Source: an archaeon (GTDB taxonomy: Archaea; EX4484-52; WAPT01). From it: DNA of 64,000 bases. The translations under genes and the position numbers were made by a program. The notes beneath the pieces are model-generated. The model saw nothing but the letters and a program-made list of their open reading frames with translations. It was not told the origin of the DNA and searched no databases. The stretch lies in assembly GCA_029258795.1 (NCBI GenBank), contig JAPDKB010000004.1, positions 1-64,000 on the forward strand. The letters are read 5' to 3'. Of the stretch, positions 29,342 through 40,463 are shown piece after piece. Numbering within the stretch: position 1 is the stretch's first letter; each line of letters starts with the position of its first letter.

Positions 29342-30024
29342 TGGGTGGTGTCATGCTGCTCTTTTTTGTGTCATTGCTTTTCGTTGCCATTCTATCCATC
29401 ATAACTCTCAAAAAGAAGGCCTTTGATTACATCGCTGTGCTGATTTCCGCGCTTTTTGGTGTTATTGTGATAAATTTGCGTGGAGTGCGATGGTTTTCAG
29501 TGATGCTCATTTTTTTGGTGGTTGCGCTGTATGCAACCTATTTTGGTAAAGCGAAAAAGGACATGAACCATGAAAAGAAGAGAGGAGCTGACAACGTAAT
29601 ATCCAACGGGTTGGTTGCATTCGTGGCCGCAATTCTTAACCTACCCTACATGTTTGCCGGCAGTTTGGCTGCCGCTCTCTCAGACACGATGAGCTCCGAG
29701 ATAGGAATCCTATCCAAATCTGATCCCATGCTCATAATCAATCCACGAAAGAGAGTGCCGAAAGGCACGAATGGTGGGGTTAGTCCTCTGGGCTTGCTTG
29801 CGGGAGCGGTTGGTGCATTACTCATGGGTATTGCTTCCTCCATCTTAATCCTGAACGGAGACCCAACTACCACCATCCTAATCTCTTTTGCTGGGTTTTC
29901 GGGGAATATACTGGATAGTTTGCTGGGTTTGGTGGAGAATAAGGGCAAACTTTCAAACGGCAGCGTTAACTTCTTAGCAACCCTGTTTGGAGGGGTGGTG
30001 GCGACGTTTACATCATATTATTAA
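29338..30024 (+). CDS. DUF92/TMEM19 family membrane protein
   Basis: NVISNG, DTMSSEIG, GTNGGVSPLG, DSLLG, VNFLAT. Confidence 0.9.
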   Translation: MMGGVMLLFFVSLLFVAILSIITLKKKAFDYIAVLISALFGVIVINLRGVRWFSVMLIFLVVALYATYFGKAKKDMNHEKKRGADNVISNGLVAFVAAILNLPYMFAGSLAAALSDTMSSEIGILSKSDPMLIINPRKRVPKGTNGGVSPLGLLAGAVGALLMGIASSILILNGDPTTTILISFAGFSGNILDSLLGLVENKGKLSNGSVNFLATLFGGVVATFTSYY

Positions 30025-30061
30025 ATTTTTGGAATCAAAAGTGATAAGAGGTGATGAGGTT

Positions 30062-30328
30062 ATGTTCAAGGAGCAGAGGTTGAGAGGTAGGGACATAATA
30101 GGTAAGGTTGTGGTTAGTGATGAGACAGGCAGCAAATTTGGCATAGTGGAGGATGTAACATTCATAGCGGAGACGGGAGAGCTACTTAATCTATTGCTGG
30201 TTGAACCCACAAAATCCGCGAGAGAAGCCAACATTCAGCAGGATGAGAATGGTAGGTACATAATTCCATTTTCAGCAGTTAAAAGTGTTGGCGACTTTGT
30301 CATAGTCAGCGAGAAAGACCTTTTCTGA
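30062..30328 (+). CDS. PRC-barrel domain protein (CdpB-like)
   Basis: IIGKVVVS..G.KFGIVED, IPFSAVKSVGDFVIV; GAGGT RBS. Confidence 0.85.
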   Translation: MFKEQRLRGRDIIGKVVVSDETGSKFGIVEDVTFIAETGELLNLLLVEPTKSAREANIQQDENGRYIIPFSAVKSVGDFVIVSEKDLF

Positions 30329-30330
30329 CT

Positions 30331-31281
30331 TCATCTTATACCTTCAGGAGTCACCCTGAAAACAGCTTCACCATCTGGCAAGTATGGTGAGTCCACAAGC
30401 TTTGCTATTCTCTTGTCTCCTTTACTCTTTCTCAGATAGATTCTGAATGTGGCCGCATGGTATAAAACATGACCTCCCACAGCTTCTGTTGGATCACCGA
30501 ACAACACATCTGGCTTAGCCATGACTTGATTGGTTATGTACACCACACAGTTGTATGTGTCCGCTATCCTTTGCAGTGTGTGGAGATGCTGATTCAGTTT
30601 TTGCTGTCTCGTTGCAAGAGCACCCCGCCCAACATACTCTGAACGGAAGTGGGAGGTGAGGGAGTCAACCACAACAAGCTTTATGTTGTACTCCTTTATC
30701 ACATCCTTGGCTTTCTCAACCAGCAGTATCTGGTGGTCTGAATTGTAAGCCCTACCCACAAATATGTTCTCCAGCGTTTTTTTCGGATCAAGACCCAGAG
30801 CATTTGCCATCTGCTCTATTCTCTCAGGCCTGAACGTGTTTTCCGTATCTATGAAGAGAGCATTTCCGTTAAGCCCACCCTTCTCTTTTGGAAGTTGAAC
30901 GTTGACCGCAAGCTGATGAGCCAGCTGTGTTTTCCCGCTTCCATAAGCGCCATAACATTCTGTTATTGCCTGCGTTTCCAACCCACCATGGAACAGAGCG
31001 TCAAGCTCTTTGCTTCCAGTGGTTAACTTATTCACACTCTTCCTCTTTTCGAGAACATTCAGCCCTGTTTCAAAACCCATATCTAAAGCATTTCTGGCGG
31101 CAGCTATTATTCTGGATGCAACACCCTCTCCAATTTCAGCAACTGCAGCTATTTCAGCTGGAGATGCTGTAGCTATTACCATCAAATCATTGTATCCAGC
31201 TTCCGCAAGTTTCTCAGCTATCTTTGGGCCGACGCCCGGCAAATCCTCCACATTTTTTATTTTGTTTTCCGCCACATTCAT
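30331..31281 (-). CDS. radA: DNA repair and recombination protein RadA
   Basis: HhH N-domain [33 protein letters not shown]. Confidence 0.98.
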   Translation of the reverse strand: MNVAENKIKNVEDLPGVGPKIAEKLAEAGYNDLMVIATASPAEIAAVAEIGEGVASRIIAAARNALDMGFETGLNVLEKRKSVNKLTTGSKELDALFHGGLETQAITECYGAYGSGKTQLAHQLAVNVQLPKEKGGLNGNALFIDTENTFRPERIEQMANALGLDPKKTLENIFVGRAYNSDHQILLVEKAKDVIKEYNIKLVVVDSLTSHFRSEYVGRGALATRQQKLNQHLHTLQRIADTYNCVVYITNQVMAKPDVLFGDPTEAVGGHVLYHAATFRIYLRKSKGDKRIAKLVDSPYLPDGEAVFRVTPEGIR

Positions 31282-32315
31282 CCACCCACTTCAACGGCTT
31301 TTTCCACCTCCTCCAGCACCTTTTTCAGCAATGATGTGTAATTCACATCATCAACCCTGGTCACCACAAGCTCCACAAAATCGTTGATATCGCTTTCTTT
31401 TAACAAACCTCTAACCACAACCTCCTTTCCTATCAATCTCACGACGTGCTCTTCAAAAAATCTTTTCTCACCCATGATTTTAATTTTTTCCTCAATTTCA
31501 TCCACACTCATGTTGAGCAGTGCTTCGACATTCTTTCTGAAAGCCACAAAATTGACAGCAGCAGTACCATCGTCCACAACACCACTTAAAACGAGGAATC
31601 TATCTGGCTTAACTTCACCATGATTTTCACACTTGCCTTCATTGAGCTTGGTTTTACATGTGGGACACAGGTAATGGAGCACAGGCCTTTCAAACACCAA
31701 TGAAATTGCACATCTGCACGTTACGGCATCACCAACTTTTGCATCAATCAAATCAACTTCCTTATACTCTCTTTTTTTGGGCTCTTCTCCATCCCTAACA
31801 TACCCTTCAGGCACGGAAATGTCCACACCTTCAACCTTCCTTATATTACCCTGTCTGCCAACTCTAACCTCCACTCCAGCAAAATCATCCTCGCGAGTGT
31901 AACCATTCAAAATCTCAATCACATCCCCCTCATTAATGTTGTTGAGAAGCTCAACCTTTTCATTCCACACGGAGACGCGCACCACCCCACTATCATCTCC
32001 AACAAGCAGATTAACAACTTTGCCCGCTCCACCATTCTTCTTGTTGAATTCATGTGAAGAATAGATTCTGATGACTTTCACCCTCAAGTTCACCTGATTC
32101 AGGCCGGGTATCAAATTCTCAACCTTGAGAATTTTCGGCTTTTTCTCCACCAAATCCACACCAAGCTCCTTACCCACGATTATTATCGCTCCAGCCCTTG
32201 ACACCAGCCCTCCAAATTCTTCCAGTTTCTCTTCCACTTTTTTGAGAAGCTCCTCTCTGCTGATCTGGGCGTTCTCCACTATTTTGTTTATCATTTCTTC
32301 CTCGCTCAACTCCAT
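31278..32315 (-). CDS. Replication protein A-like OB-fold ssDNA-binding protein with Zn finger
   Basis: DUF2240-like N-terminus, GDDSG..RVSVW, CPTC...CENHG, DDGT. Confidence 0.88.
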   Translation of the reverse strand: MELSEEEMINKIVENAQISREELLKKVEEKLEEFGGLVSRAGAIIIVGKELGVDLVEKKPKILKVENLIPGLNQVNLRVKVIRIYSSHEFNKKNGGAGKVVNLLVGDDSGVVRVSVWNEKVELLNNINEGDVIEILNGYTREDDFAGVEVRVGRQGNIRKVEGVDISVPEGYVRDGEEPKKREYKEVDLIDAKVGDAVTCRCAISLVFERPVLHYLCPTCKTKLNEGKCENHGEVKPDRFLVLSGVVDDGTAAVNFVAFRKNVEALLNMSVDEIEEKIKIMGEKRFFEEHVVRLIGKEVVVRGLLKESDINDFVELVVTRVDDVNYTSLLKKVLEEVEKAVEVGG

Positions 32316-32381
32316 GCTGATGAAAAATTACTCCACTATATTTAAATCCCTACCCATATCCCTGCCGATAGAAAAACGCAA

Positions 32382-35075
32382 CTATCCGAAATATCCCAGC
32401 TCTTCTGGTTTGTGGAGACTCTTCACCTTCTCCAGCTTTTTCTTGAACGCCTCAATCTCTGACTTCGTTAAGGACGGTTTTATTATCTTCAACGCTTCTT
32501 CAAAATGCTTCATTGTCACCTTTTTAGCGTTTATGTTCTCGCGCAGAGCTATTATTGCTGCCTCCCTACACAGAGCTTCCAGATCCGCTCCACTGTAATT
32601 CTCTGTCTTCTCAGCAACATTCTTCAGATCAACATCTTTGGCAAGAGGCATGTTTTTGGTGTGCACTTTCAGAATCTGAAGTCTGGCTTCCATATCTGGC
32701 ATCGGCACGTAGATGTGTCTGTCAAATCTACCGGGCCTCATTAAAGCAGGATCGAGAGCATCAGGTCTGTTCGTTGCGCCAATAACAACCACACCTTCCA
32801 ACCCTTCCAGCCCATCCATCTCTGAAAGCAGCTGTGTAACAACCCTTTCTGTCACATTGGTGTCCATACCAATCCCTCTTCTCGGGGCCACAGCATCAAT
32901 CTCATCTATGAAAATTATGGAGGGTGCAACCTGTCTGGCTTTCCTGAATATCTCCCTTATCTTCTTCTCACTCTCTCCAACCCATTTGGAAAAGATTTCA
33001 GGCCCCTTGATGTAGATGAAGTTAGCCTCACTCTCATTAGCAACAGCTTTAGCAAGCAAAGTTTTTCCCGTACCCGGCGGACCATAAAGAAGCACACCCT
33101 TGGGTGGCTTGATTCCCATTCTTTTAAACGCTTCCGGATGTTTGAGAGGCCATTCCACCATCTCTCTCAGCTGCTGCTTCTGCTTCTCAAGCCCTCCAAT
33201 ATCACCCCACTTAACTTTAGGCACCTCTATCATCACTTCTCTCATGGCTGACGGCTCCACGACCATCAGCGCGTTCTTGAAATCCTCCATGGTAACCTGC
33301 AGCTTTTCAAGAACCTCTGGAGATATGTCCTCGTCAAGGTTTATTTCTGGCAGGATTCTGCGCAGAGCAGACATTGCCGCTTCCTTAACCAAAGCAGCGA
33401 GATCAGCTCCAACGTAACCATGAGTGCTATTTGCTATCCTCTCCAACATTATATCAATAGCTTTTTTACTCTTTTTCATTTCAGCTATGGCTTCAGGAGT
33501 GATAAGCTCAGTAGATATAGCTAAACGTACGATGTCGGATTTTGCCTTTTCAATATTTTCCTTATAAAATATGTTTCTTGGATCATACGCTTCTCTTAAA
33601 GACAACAATCTTTCATTTTCAAGTATGAATTTTATTAATTCGTCTATTTTTTCTTTAGTTTTTATCGCTTTCTTCAATTTATTTAGTTCTTCAACTTTTT
33701 TTTCAATATTGAATAATTTGTTCTTTATCTGATTTATGACATTTTTCTCCTCTAAACCATGTTCATATTCTCTAATTTTAGATTCGAGTTGTTCTTTCTT
33801 TACTTTTAACTTCTCTAGCTTTTCTTCTATCTTTTCCTCCAAGTATGTTCGTATTACTTCTGGATATAATTCTGCTTCTAGAGGCATGTTTCTGGTGTGG
33901 ATCTGCAGAATTTCAAGCCTCCCGTTCCTATCAGGAACGCCAATCTCAATCTCCCTGTCGAACCTGCCCGGCCTGCGCAAAGCAGGATCCAAGGCGTCAG
34001 GCCTGTTGGTCGCGCCAATAACTATCACTTGCCCTCTGCTCTCCAGTCCATCCATTGAAGCTAGGAGCTGAGCGACTATCCTCCTTTCCACCTCTCCAGT
34101 AACATCCTCTCTCTTAGGAGCTATCGCATCAATCTCATCTATGAAGATGATTGAAGGAGCGTTTTCCTGCGCTTCCTTGAATATCTCCCTTATCTTCTTC
34201 TCACTCTCACCATACCACTTGCTTGTTATTTCAGGACCGTTTATGGAGATGAAGTGCGCACCACTCTCATTAGCAACAGCCTTGGCCAGCAACGTCTTCC
34301 CAGTGCCTGGCGGACCATAAAGAAGCACACCCTTGGGTGGCTCTATACCCAAACGCTCGAAAAGCTCAGGGTGCTTCAGCGGGAGCTCTATCATCTCCCT
34401 TACCTTTCTAACTACCTCCTTCAATCCACCTATATCCTCGTAAGTTACGACAGGCACACCTTCCTCTTCCTTAACCTCAACCATGTGGCTGAGCACTTCA
34501 ACTTCAGTCCTTTCAGTTATCATCACTATGTCCTTGGGCTCGGTTTTGACAACCCTGAAAAGCATCTCCCCAAAGCCAAGAGCAAAAATTTCATCTATGC
34601 CCATGCCTGTGAGGAATTCAGGGTAGAAAGGCGCGTTTCTTTTGCGTGGTGTGGGCACAATTATATCTCCCTTAACCATCACCCTTCCCATCAAAATCCT
34701 CTTGATGTGCTCTCCAGGAATGTGCACCACAACACCCTTCTGAGCTGGAGCGAGCACGACCTTCTTCGCTTCCTTTATTTCTGCTTTTCTAACTATGACT
34801 GTCTCTCCAACAGAAACGTTAGCATTCCTTCTTGTATAGCCATCCATCCTTATTATACCCAATCCCGCATCTGAAGGATAGGAGCGCACAGCAATGGCTG
34901 CAGTTTTTCTCCTTCCCTCTATCTCAACTGGCTGTCCTTCCTTCACCCCTATTTCCGCAAGCTTTTTCAGATCAATTCTGACTATACCCACTCCTATATC
35001 TGACTGAGCACTGCTGGGTATTTCCCCGACCTTCAACTTTATCTCCTTCTTCCGTTTGGGCTCTCCATCCACCAT
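32382..35075 (-). CDS. cdc48: CDC48/VCP AAA ATPase with large D1 insertion
   Basis: N domain and two AAA modules ([21 protein letters not shown]). Confidence 0.97.
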   Translation of the reverse strand: MVDGEPKRKKEIKLKVGEIPSSAQSDIGVGIVRIDLKKLAEIGVKEGQPVEIEGRRKTAAIAVRSYPSDAGLGIIRMDGYTRRNANVSVGETVIVRKAEIKEAKKVVLAPAQKGVVVHIPGEHIKRILMGRVMVKGDIIVPTPRKRNAPFYPEFLTGMGIDEIFALGFGEMLFRVVKTEPKDIVMITERTEVEVLSHMVEVKEEEGVPVVTYEDIGGLKEVVRKVREMIELPLKHPELFERLGIEPPKGVLLYGPPGTGKTLLAKAVANESGAHFISINGPEITSKWYGESEKKIREIFKEAQENAPSIIFIDEIDAIAPKREDVTGEVERRIVAQLLASMDGLESRGQVIVIGATNRPDALDPALRRPGRFDREIEIGVPDRNGRLEILQIHTRNMPLEAELYPEVIRTYLEEKIEEKLEKLKVKKEQLESKIREYEHGLEEKNVINQIKNKLFNIEKKVEELNKLKKAIKTKEKIDELIKFILENERLLSLREAYDPRNIFYKENIEKAKSDIVRLAISTELITPEAIAEMKKSKKAIDIMLERIANSTHGYVGADLAALVKEAAMSALRRILPEINLDEDISPEVLEKLQVTMEDFKNALMVVEPSAMREVMIEVPKVKWGDIGGLEKQKQQLREMVEWPLKHPEAFKRMGIKPPKGVLLYGPPGTGKTLLAKAVANESEANFIYIKGPEIFSKWVGESEKKIREIFRKARQVAPSIIFIDEIDAVAPRRGIGMDTNVTERVVTQLLSEMDGLEGLEGVVVIGATNRPDALDPALMRPGRFDRHIYVPMPDMEARLQILKVHTKNMPLAKDVDLKNVAEKTENYSGADLEALCREAAIIALRENINAKKVTMKHFEEALKIIKPSLTKSEIEAFKKKLEKVKSLHKPEELGYFG

Positions 35076-35119
35076 AAGCCATCACATAAACAACAAATTA
35101 TGTCTGGCTTAAAATTTAA

Positions 35120-35851
35120 ATGTTGGAGCATAAAACTTCGCACATGAAAAATGTACTCAAGCTGAGGTGGGAACAGCTAAATAACTTTCTTGGAGGAGGG
35201 CTGGAAAAGGGAATAATCACCAACGTCTATGGTGTGGCTGGAGCAGGCAAAACCAACTTTGCTCTTGAGACCGTTATAGCCGCATTACTCGATGATAAAA
35301 AAGCAATCTTTGTGGACACAGAAAGGAATTTTTCTCCGGAGAGGTTTCTCCAGATGCATCCGAAAGAGGAGGATCTTGAAAGAGTCATTATCTTTGAACC
35401 GTTCTCATTTCAGGAGCAGCACGAGGTGATAACCAAAAAGCTCCCTCTGATTTTGGAAGAGGAAAAAAGCAAGATCGGTGTGGTTGTCGTTGATTCGATG
35501 GTATCCCTCTACAGGCTGGAGATGAAGCATGAGAAAGCCCAAGAAATAAACGCTATGCTGAGCGAGCAGTTCGTCATGCTGGCAAAAATAGCCAAACATC
35601 ACAGCATACCTGTACTTGTTACCTGCCAGGTTTACACACCTTTTGACAGCGATGAGCTCGAAATAGTAGGGAGAGATATCCCGAAATACTCCTCAAAATG
35701 CATGATTTTGCTGGAAAAGAAGGACTATGGGATCAGAAAAGCAACGCTCATCAAACACCGCTACATGCCAGAAGGTACGAATATAGAACTTAAAATTACT
35801 AATAAAGGACTTGAACCTTCGGAATCGAGAAAATTCAGCATATTTAAATGA
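35120..35851 (+). CDS. radB: DNA repair protein RadB
   Basis: GAGKTN, DTERNFSPER, VDS, conserved KHR basic patch; no N-terminal HhH domain. Confidence 0.9.
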   Translation: MLEHKTSHMKNVLKLRWEQLNNFLGGGLEKGIITNVYGVAGAGKTNFALETVIAALLDDKKAIFVDTERNFSPERFLQMHPKEEDLERVIIFEPFSFQEQHEVITKKLPLILEEEKSKIGVVVVDSMVSLYRLEMKHEKAQEINAMLSEQFVMLAKIAKHHSIPVLVTCQVYTPFDSDELEIVGRDIPKYSSKCMILLEKKDYGIRKATLIKHRYMPEGTNIELKITNKGLEPSESRKFSIFK

Positions 35852-35869
35852 TGCTCTCCAAAAAATATA

Positions 35870-36460
35870 ATGGGTGTGGTCTGGATGGTGTCACTGTTCG
35901 ACATATTCAACATGTCAAACGTGATTAAGATAGGAAAGTACAAGATATACAAGAATCTGGAATCCAACATCTATTTCGATGTTTCCGAAATTCTGAACAA
36001 CCCGCGCAACTTTGACATTCTAACTGACATGCTTGCCGATGAAGCCATGGCCTTGAACCCAGCCAGAATTGCAGGGGCTTACACATCAGGAATTCCTCTG
36101 GCCACTGCCATCTCCTTGAAAACGAACATCCCCATGGTGTTCATAAGAAGAGAGCCAAAGGAGTATGGTATGCACACACAGATAGAGGGTAGGATAAATG
36201 AGGGAGATCATGTCGTGCTGGTGGATGATATGTTCACATTTTATGAATACAACGTTCCGTTCATAGAAGCAATAGAGGATGCTGGTGGAATAGTGACTCA
36301 CATGCTCGTAATAGTTGATTTTGGAATAGAAGAAGAGCGGAAAAAACTTGCAAGAAGGGGTATTGAGCTTGTTTCTCTCACAACGGTTAGAGAAGTTGTG
36401 AGTAAATTGAAGAAGAGAGGCATAGTTCCTGAAGATTTCAAGATCGAGCTTGAGTATTAG
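35870..36460 (+). CDS. Orotate phosphoribosyltransferase-like type I PRTase (divergent)
   Basis: GIPLATA, RREPKEYG flexible loop, VVLVDD; PRPP loop atypical. Confidence 0.7.
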   Translation: MGVVWMVSLFDIFNMSNVIKIGKYKIYKNLESNIYFDVSEILNNPRNFDILTDMLADEAMALNPARIAGAYTSGIPLATAISLKTNIPMVFIRREPKEYGMHTQIEGRINEGDHVVLVDDMFTFYEYNVPFIEAIEDAGGIVTHMLVIVDFGIEEERKKLARRGIELVSLTTVREVVSKLKKRGIVPEDFKIELEY

Positions 36461-38486
36461 CTTTCTTTTTCTTGCATTCGGGGTCCAAACACAGGAGCCA
36501 TGGTTTCTTATTTCGCATAATGATCTTGACTATTGGCGTGCCACACTCCTCGCAAACCTTACCAGTAGCTTCTACTTTACCTTTTGAAGGTAGGGGGTAT
36601 ATCTTCCTGCACTTAGGGTACGTGTCACATGACACAAATCTCTTCCCGTTCTTACTCTTTTTTATGATGAGGTTGCCTCCGCACTCACACTTTCCAACAA
36701 CGTTATTCATTTTTTCGGTTTCTTGGATGGAGTTAAGAAGCATTGAACCCACTTTAGATTCTCTGTTCTTGAACTCCTCGAGCACAACAGTTAAAGACTC
36801 CTTAGCTTCCTCAATGACATCTTCGCTTTCCACAGCATCCTTCGCTATTTTTTCAAGTTTTTCTTCAAATTCTCTGGTGAGCTTTTCATCCACTATTTTC
36901 TCAGCGTTATCCATGAGGACTTTAACAACCATCTCTCCAAGCGGAGTTATTTCAATTTTTCTTCCTTTTATGTAGCCTCTATCATACAAACTCTGCACTA
37001 TCTCCGCCCTGGTTGCCTTTGTGCCAAGATTTCTTTTCTCCATCTCTCTGACGAGAGAAGCAGGAGTGTATCTTTCAGGTGGAGATGTCATCTTCTTTTC
37101 GAGCTTAACCCGTTCAATATTTCGTAGTTCCCCAACACGGAATTGAGGAAGTTCTGTGTCCCTTATCCTTAAATACGGCTTGTAAGCTTCATACCACCCT
37201 TCCTTCAAAGTTGTTGTTCCGGTTGCCACGAATTTTATGCCAGATGCATTGAAAACAGCCTTTACCGTTTTCTTTTCTGCGGGCTCCATGAAGCATGAGA
37301 GGAAGCGCCTAACGATCAGATCATAAACTCTTGCCTCATTCCTGCTCAAGCCGTTGGGGAGCTCTCCTGTTGGATGTATCGCTGGATGTGCTTCGTCCTC
37401 TTTTTTTCCTTCAGCCGGAATCAGCATTCTTTTTTGGAGAAGAGTGCCAGCAATCTTCTTATATGGCTCAGATTTTGCGAGTTTCCCCATTATATTCCTG
37501 AAATCTATGGTTCTCGGGAGTTTCTGGGAGCTTGTTCTCGGATAGGATATGAGTGACATCTCGTAAAGCTTTTGCGCTATTTCCTGTGTTTGCTTTGGCG
37601 TTAGCTTAAAAAGAGCATATGCTTCCGATTGCAAATCGTTAAGGTTAAAGGGTGCTGGGGGATTATGCTTGTAGGTTTTTTCGGAAACGTCCTCCACAAC
37701 ACAGGTTTTTTGCCTGCTCACAATCTCCTTAAGCTTCTTTCCCTCATCCTCACTCTCAATCTTCCCTTTTTCGTATTCAGCGTTAATGCCATCCACAACT
37801 ATACTCAGCTTCCAGTAGGGTGTGGGTACAAAATCCCTTATCTCAAGCTCCCTCTCGTAAACTATTCTTAAAGCTGGCCCCTGCACCCTCCCACTGCTCA
37901 AAATGTAATGCCTTCCCGCTTTTTTCACGGAGCTCATAAGGGCTCTGCTTACATTTATCCCCCAGAAATAATCCAGTATGTGTCGCGTGACACCAGCTTC
38001 TGCCAAACCCTTCAAAATGGTGGACTTGGCATTTTCATAAGCTTTAACCAGATCTTCTTTGGTGAGTGCGGAAAACAGCATTCTTTTGGCATTCTTTCTA
38101 TTACATATAAAGCGGAGGATGTTGTATCCTATCGCTTCCCCCTCTATATCATAATCCGTCGCGATTATTATCTCTTTAGCATCTTTGCTCAGCTTTCTTA
38201 TTAGGTTTATGTAATCTTTTGTGTAAGAAGCGCTTCTGCTTATAGCATATAGTGGTTTCCACTCCACCTCAAAAACAGGGTAATGATTGAATGCCACCTT
38301 TTTCTTCTCAGCAACTCCAAAAAGGTGGCCAGCTGCGCCAACCACAACAATCTTTTTTCCTTTCCTTTCAATCTCAAAGTATGGCACTCGTCCATACTTT
38401 CTGGTTTTAACCCTGCTCTCTGCAAGCGCTTGCGCTATCTTCCTTGCGCTAGAAGGTTTCTCAGCGATTATAAGCTCGTCCAACAT
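36438..38486 (-). CDS. topA: DNA topoisomerase I (type IA)
   Basis: IIAEKPS, ATDYDIEGE, SSGRVQ, ISYPRT (catalytic Tyr), EAHPAIHPT, Zn ribbons. Confidence 0.97.
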   Translation of the reverse strand: MLDELIIAEKPSSARKIAQALAESRVKTRKYGRVPYFEIERKGKKIVVVGAAGHLFGVAEKKKVAFNHYPVFEVEWKPLYAISRSASYTKDYINLIRKLSKDAKEIIIATDYDIEGEAIGYNILRFICNRKNAKRMLFSALTKEDLVKAYENAKSTILKGLAEAGVTRHILDYFWGINVSRALMSSVKKAGRHYILSSGRVQGPALRIVYERELEIRDFVPTPYWKLSIVVDGINAEYEKGKIESEDEGKKLKEIVSRQKTCVVEDVSEKTYKHNPPAPFNLNDLQSEAYALFKLTPKQTQEIAQKLYEMSLISYPRTSSQKLPRTIDFRNIMGKLAKSEPYKKIAGTLLQKRMLIPAEGKKEDEAHPAIHPTGELPNGLSRNEARVYDLIVRRFLSCFMEPAEKKTVKAVFNASGIKFVATGTTTLKEGWYEAYKPYLRIRDTELPQFRVGELRNIERVKLEKKMTSPPERYTPASLVREMEKRNLGTKATRAEIVQSLYDRGYIKGRKIEITPLGEMVVKVLMDNAEKIVDEKLTREFEEKLEKIAKDAVESEDVIEEAKESLTVVLEEFKNRESKVGSMLLNSIQETEKMNNVVGKCECGGNLIIKKSKNGKRFVSCDTYPKCRKIYPLPSKGKVEATGKVCEECGTPIVKIIMRNKKPWLLCLDPECKKKKANTQARS

Positions 38487-38490
38487 CCTT

Positions 38491-39786
38491 TTACCTCTTG
38501 GTCTTCGGTTCTATCTTCTTTATCCCGTTCATATATGGCCACAGAACCTTGGGTATGTCCACACTACCATCCTCGTTCTGGTAGTTTTCAAGAATTGCGC
38601 ACATGGTTCTTTCCGTCGCTATTCCCGTGCAGTTCAGTATGTGAACATAGCCCTTTGGCTTATCCCCTTCTTTCTCCCTCCACTTTATGTTCAGCTTTCT
38701 TGCCTGATAATCCGTGCAGTTGCTCCCGCTGACCACCTCTCGGTATTTCTGCTGTGCTGGAAACCACACCTCTATATCGTACTTTTTGGCAGCGTTATCG
38801 TTCATCTCTCCCGAGCATATGTTCACAACTCTGTAAGGCAAGCCAAGCTCCTGATAGAACTCTTCAGCATTCCTTATCATTTTTTCATGCCAGTCCCAGC
38901 TTTCCTCAGGCAGACAGAACACTATCTGCTCCACCTTGTCGAACTGATGCACCCTGAATATGCCTTTTGTATCCTTACCATGGCTCCCTGCTTCCCTCCT
39001 GAAATTGGTTGAAAAGCCAACGTATTTTAGGGGGAGGTCATCCTTCAGAAAGGTCTCATCCATGTGGTATGCTAAAATGGATTGCTCAGCAGTAGCTATA
39101 AGGTAAGCATCCATACCCTCCACTTTGTAAAGCGTGTCCTGAAAATCAGCCAGTTCTGAAGCCCCCTTCATGGCTTTGCCACTTATCATATATGGCGTCC
39201 ATAATGGAATGAACCCCTTGGCAACGAGCTTCTCAAAGCCATATCTTATCAGCGCCAAATTCAGGAGCACGAGCTCATTTTTCAAATAATAAAACCTAGA
39301 GCCTATCACTTTTGCAGCTCTTTGGACATCGGCAACATCAAGCATCTCCACCAGGTCAGCATGACCCCTTGGCTTAAACTCAAAGCTTTTCGGCTCACCC
39401 CAGGTGCGCACAATCTCGTTATGCTTTTCCTCATCGTCCCCTACAGGCACGCTCTCATGCAATATATTCCCTATCCTGTAGCGCAGCTCATCCCTCTTCT
39501 GAAGAAATTCCTCCACCTTCCTTTCAAGTTCCGCAATCTCTTCCTTCAATTTCTTCATCTTCTCCACAATCTCGGCTGGAACTTCCCTGCCTTCTCTTTT
39601 TAGCTTCGCAACTTCCTGCAGAATTCTGTTTCTTTCCTCCCTTTTCTTCTGCACTTCCTGTAAGCATTCGCGCCATTTAACATCATACTCCAGAACCTTA
39701 TCCACGATGCTGGGGTCCTTGAACCTCTTGCGTTCAGATTCCTTAACAACATCGGGATGTTCCCGTATGAATTCCATGTCCAGCAT
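38491..39786 (-). CDS. serS: Seryl-tRNA synthetase
   Basis: N-terminal coiled coil, ATAEQ, FRREAG, GIFRVHQFDKVE, SNCTDYQAR. Confidence 0.97.
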   Translation of the reverse strand: MLDMEFIREHPDVVKESERKRFKDPSIVDKVLEYDVKWRECLQEVQKKREERNRILQEVAKLKREGREVPAEIVEKMKKLKEEIAELERKVEEFLQKRDELRYRIGNILHESVPVGDDEEKHNEIVRTWGEPKSFEFKPRGHADLVEMLDVADVQRAAKVIGSRFYYLKNELVLLNLALIRYGFEKLVAKGFIPLWTPYMISGKAMKGASELADFQDTLYKVEGMDAYLIATAEQSILAYHMDETFLKDDLPLKYVGFSTNFRREAGSHGKDTKGIFRVHQFDKVEQIVFCLPEESWDWHEKMIRNAEEFYQELGLPYRVVNICSGEMNDNAAKKYDIEVWFPAQQKYREVVSGSNCTDYQARKLNIKWREKEGDKPKGYVHILNCTGIATERTMCAILENYQNEDGSVDIPKVLWPYMNGIKKIEPKTKR

Positions 39787-39834
39787 GAGCGATCACCACA
39801 AAACCTTTTATAATTCACCTAGTGTTAAATTTTT

Positions 39835-40458
39835 ATGGGTTTGCTCTCCTTCCTTTTTGGAAATAAAAAAGTGGAGAAAGACGTAGAAGAACTTAAAAAT
39901 TCTATGGAATCTTTTAAAGATGACATCAAAAATTTTGCTTTCTCGCTCGCAAAGATGAACGAAAAGATAGTTGAGTTAAATGAAAAGTTTGATGATGAGA
40001 TTGAACAGATTTACGAGAGAATTTCTGAAATTGAAGAAAAAATTAGCATATTGGCTAAATCCACTCGTGTTGGTGTGGAGGCAAAGAAAGAGCTGAAGGA
40101 AGTGAGGGAACAGCTGAGCAAGCTGATTCAAAAGAAAAAGGAAATTAAGAGGGAAAAGCCCGTTCAAGAGATTAATACGGAGGAAACAAGTAAAGTGCAG
40201 GAAATACATGCCTCTGTGAAAGAGGAAATGAGAATGCTGTCTCCTGCTGAAAGAGAAATCCTTTCCGCCTTGCTTTCTTCCGAAATTCCTCTGAGCTACG
40301 AAGAAATAGCCCAGCTTACGGGTAAATCCACAAGTACTGTTAGAGACCATATGAACAACATAAGGAAAAAAACAAATTTGCTGGAAGTGGTAGAAACTCC
40401 GGACAGAAAGAAGCTGTTTAGGATAGCGGTCAAAGCGAAGCAGGAGATCATATTGTAG
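39835..40458 (+). CDS. Coiled-coil protein with N-terminal amphipathic motif and C-terminal winged HTH
   Basis: MGLLSFLFGNKK, long heptad region, LSPAEREIL...LSYEEIAQLTGKSTSTVRDHMNNI HTH. Confidence 0.8.
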   Translation: MGLLSFLFGNKKVEKDVEELKNSMESFKDDIKNFAFSLAKMNEKIVELNEKFDDEIEQIYERISEIEEKISILAKSTRVGVEAKKELKEVREQLSKLIQKKKEIKREKPVQEINTEETSKVQEIHASVKEEMRMLSPAEREILSALLSSEIPLSYEEIAQLTGKSTSTVRDHMNNIRKKTNLLEVVETPDRKKLFRIAVKAKQEIIL

Positions 40459-40463
40459 TTCTA

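Noticed and set aside
33447-33878. Intein in cdc48
   Set aside because: No N-terminal Cys/Ser, no C-terminal His-Asn followed by Cys/Ser/Thr, no LAGLIDADG motifs
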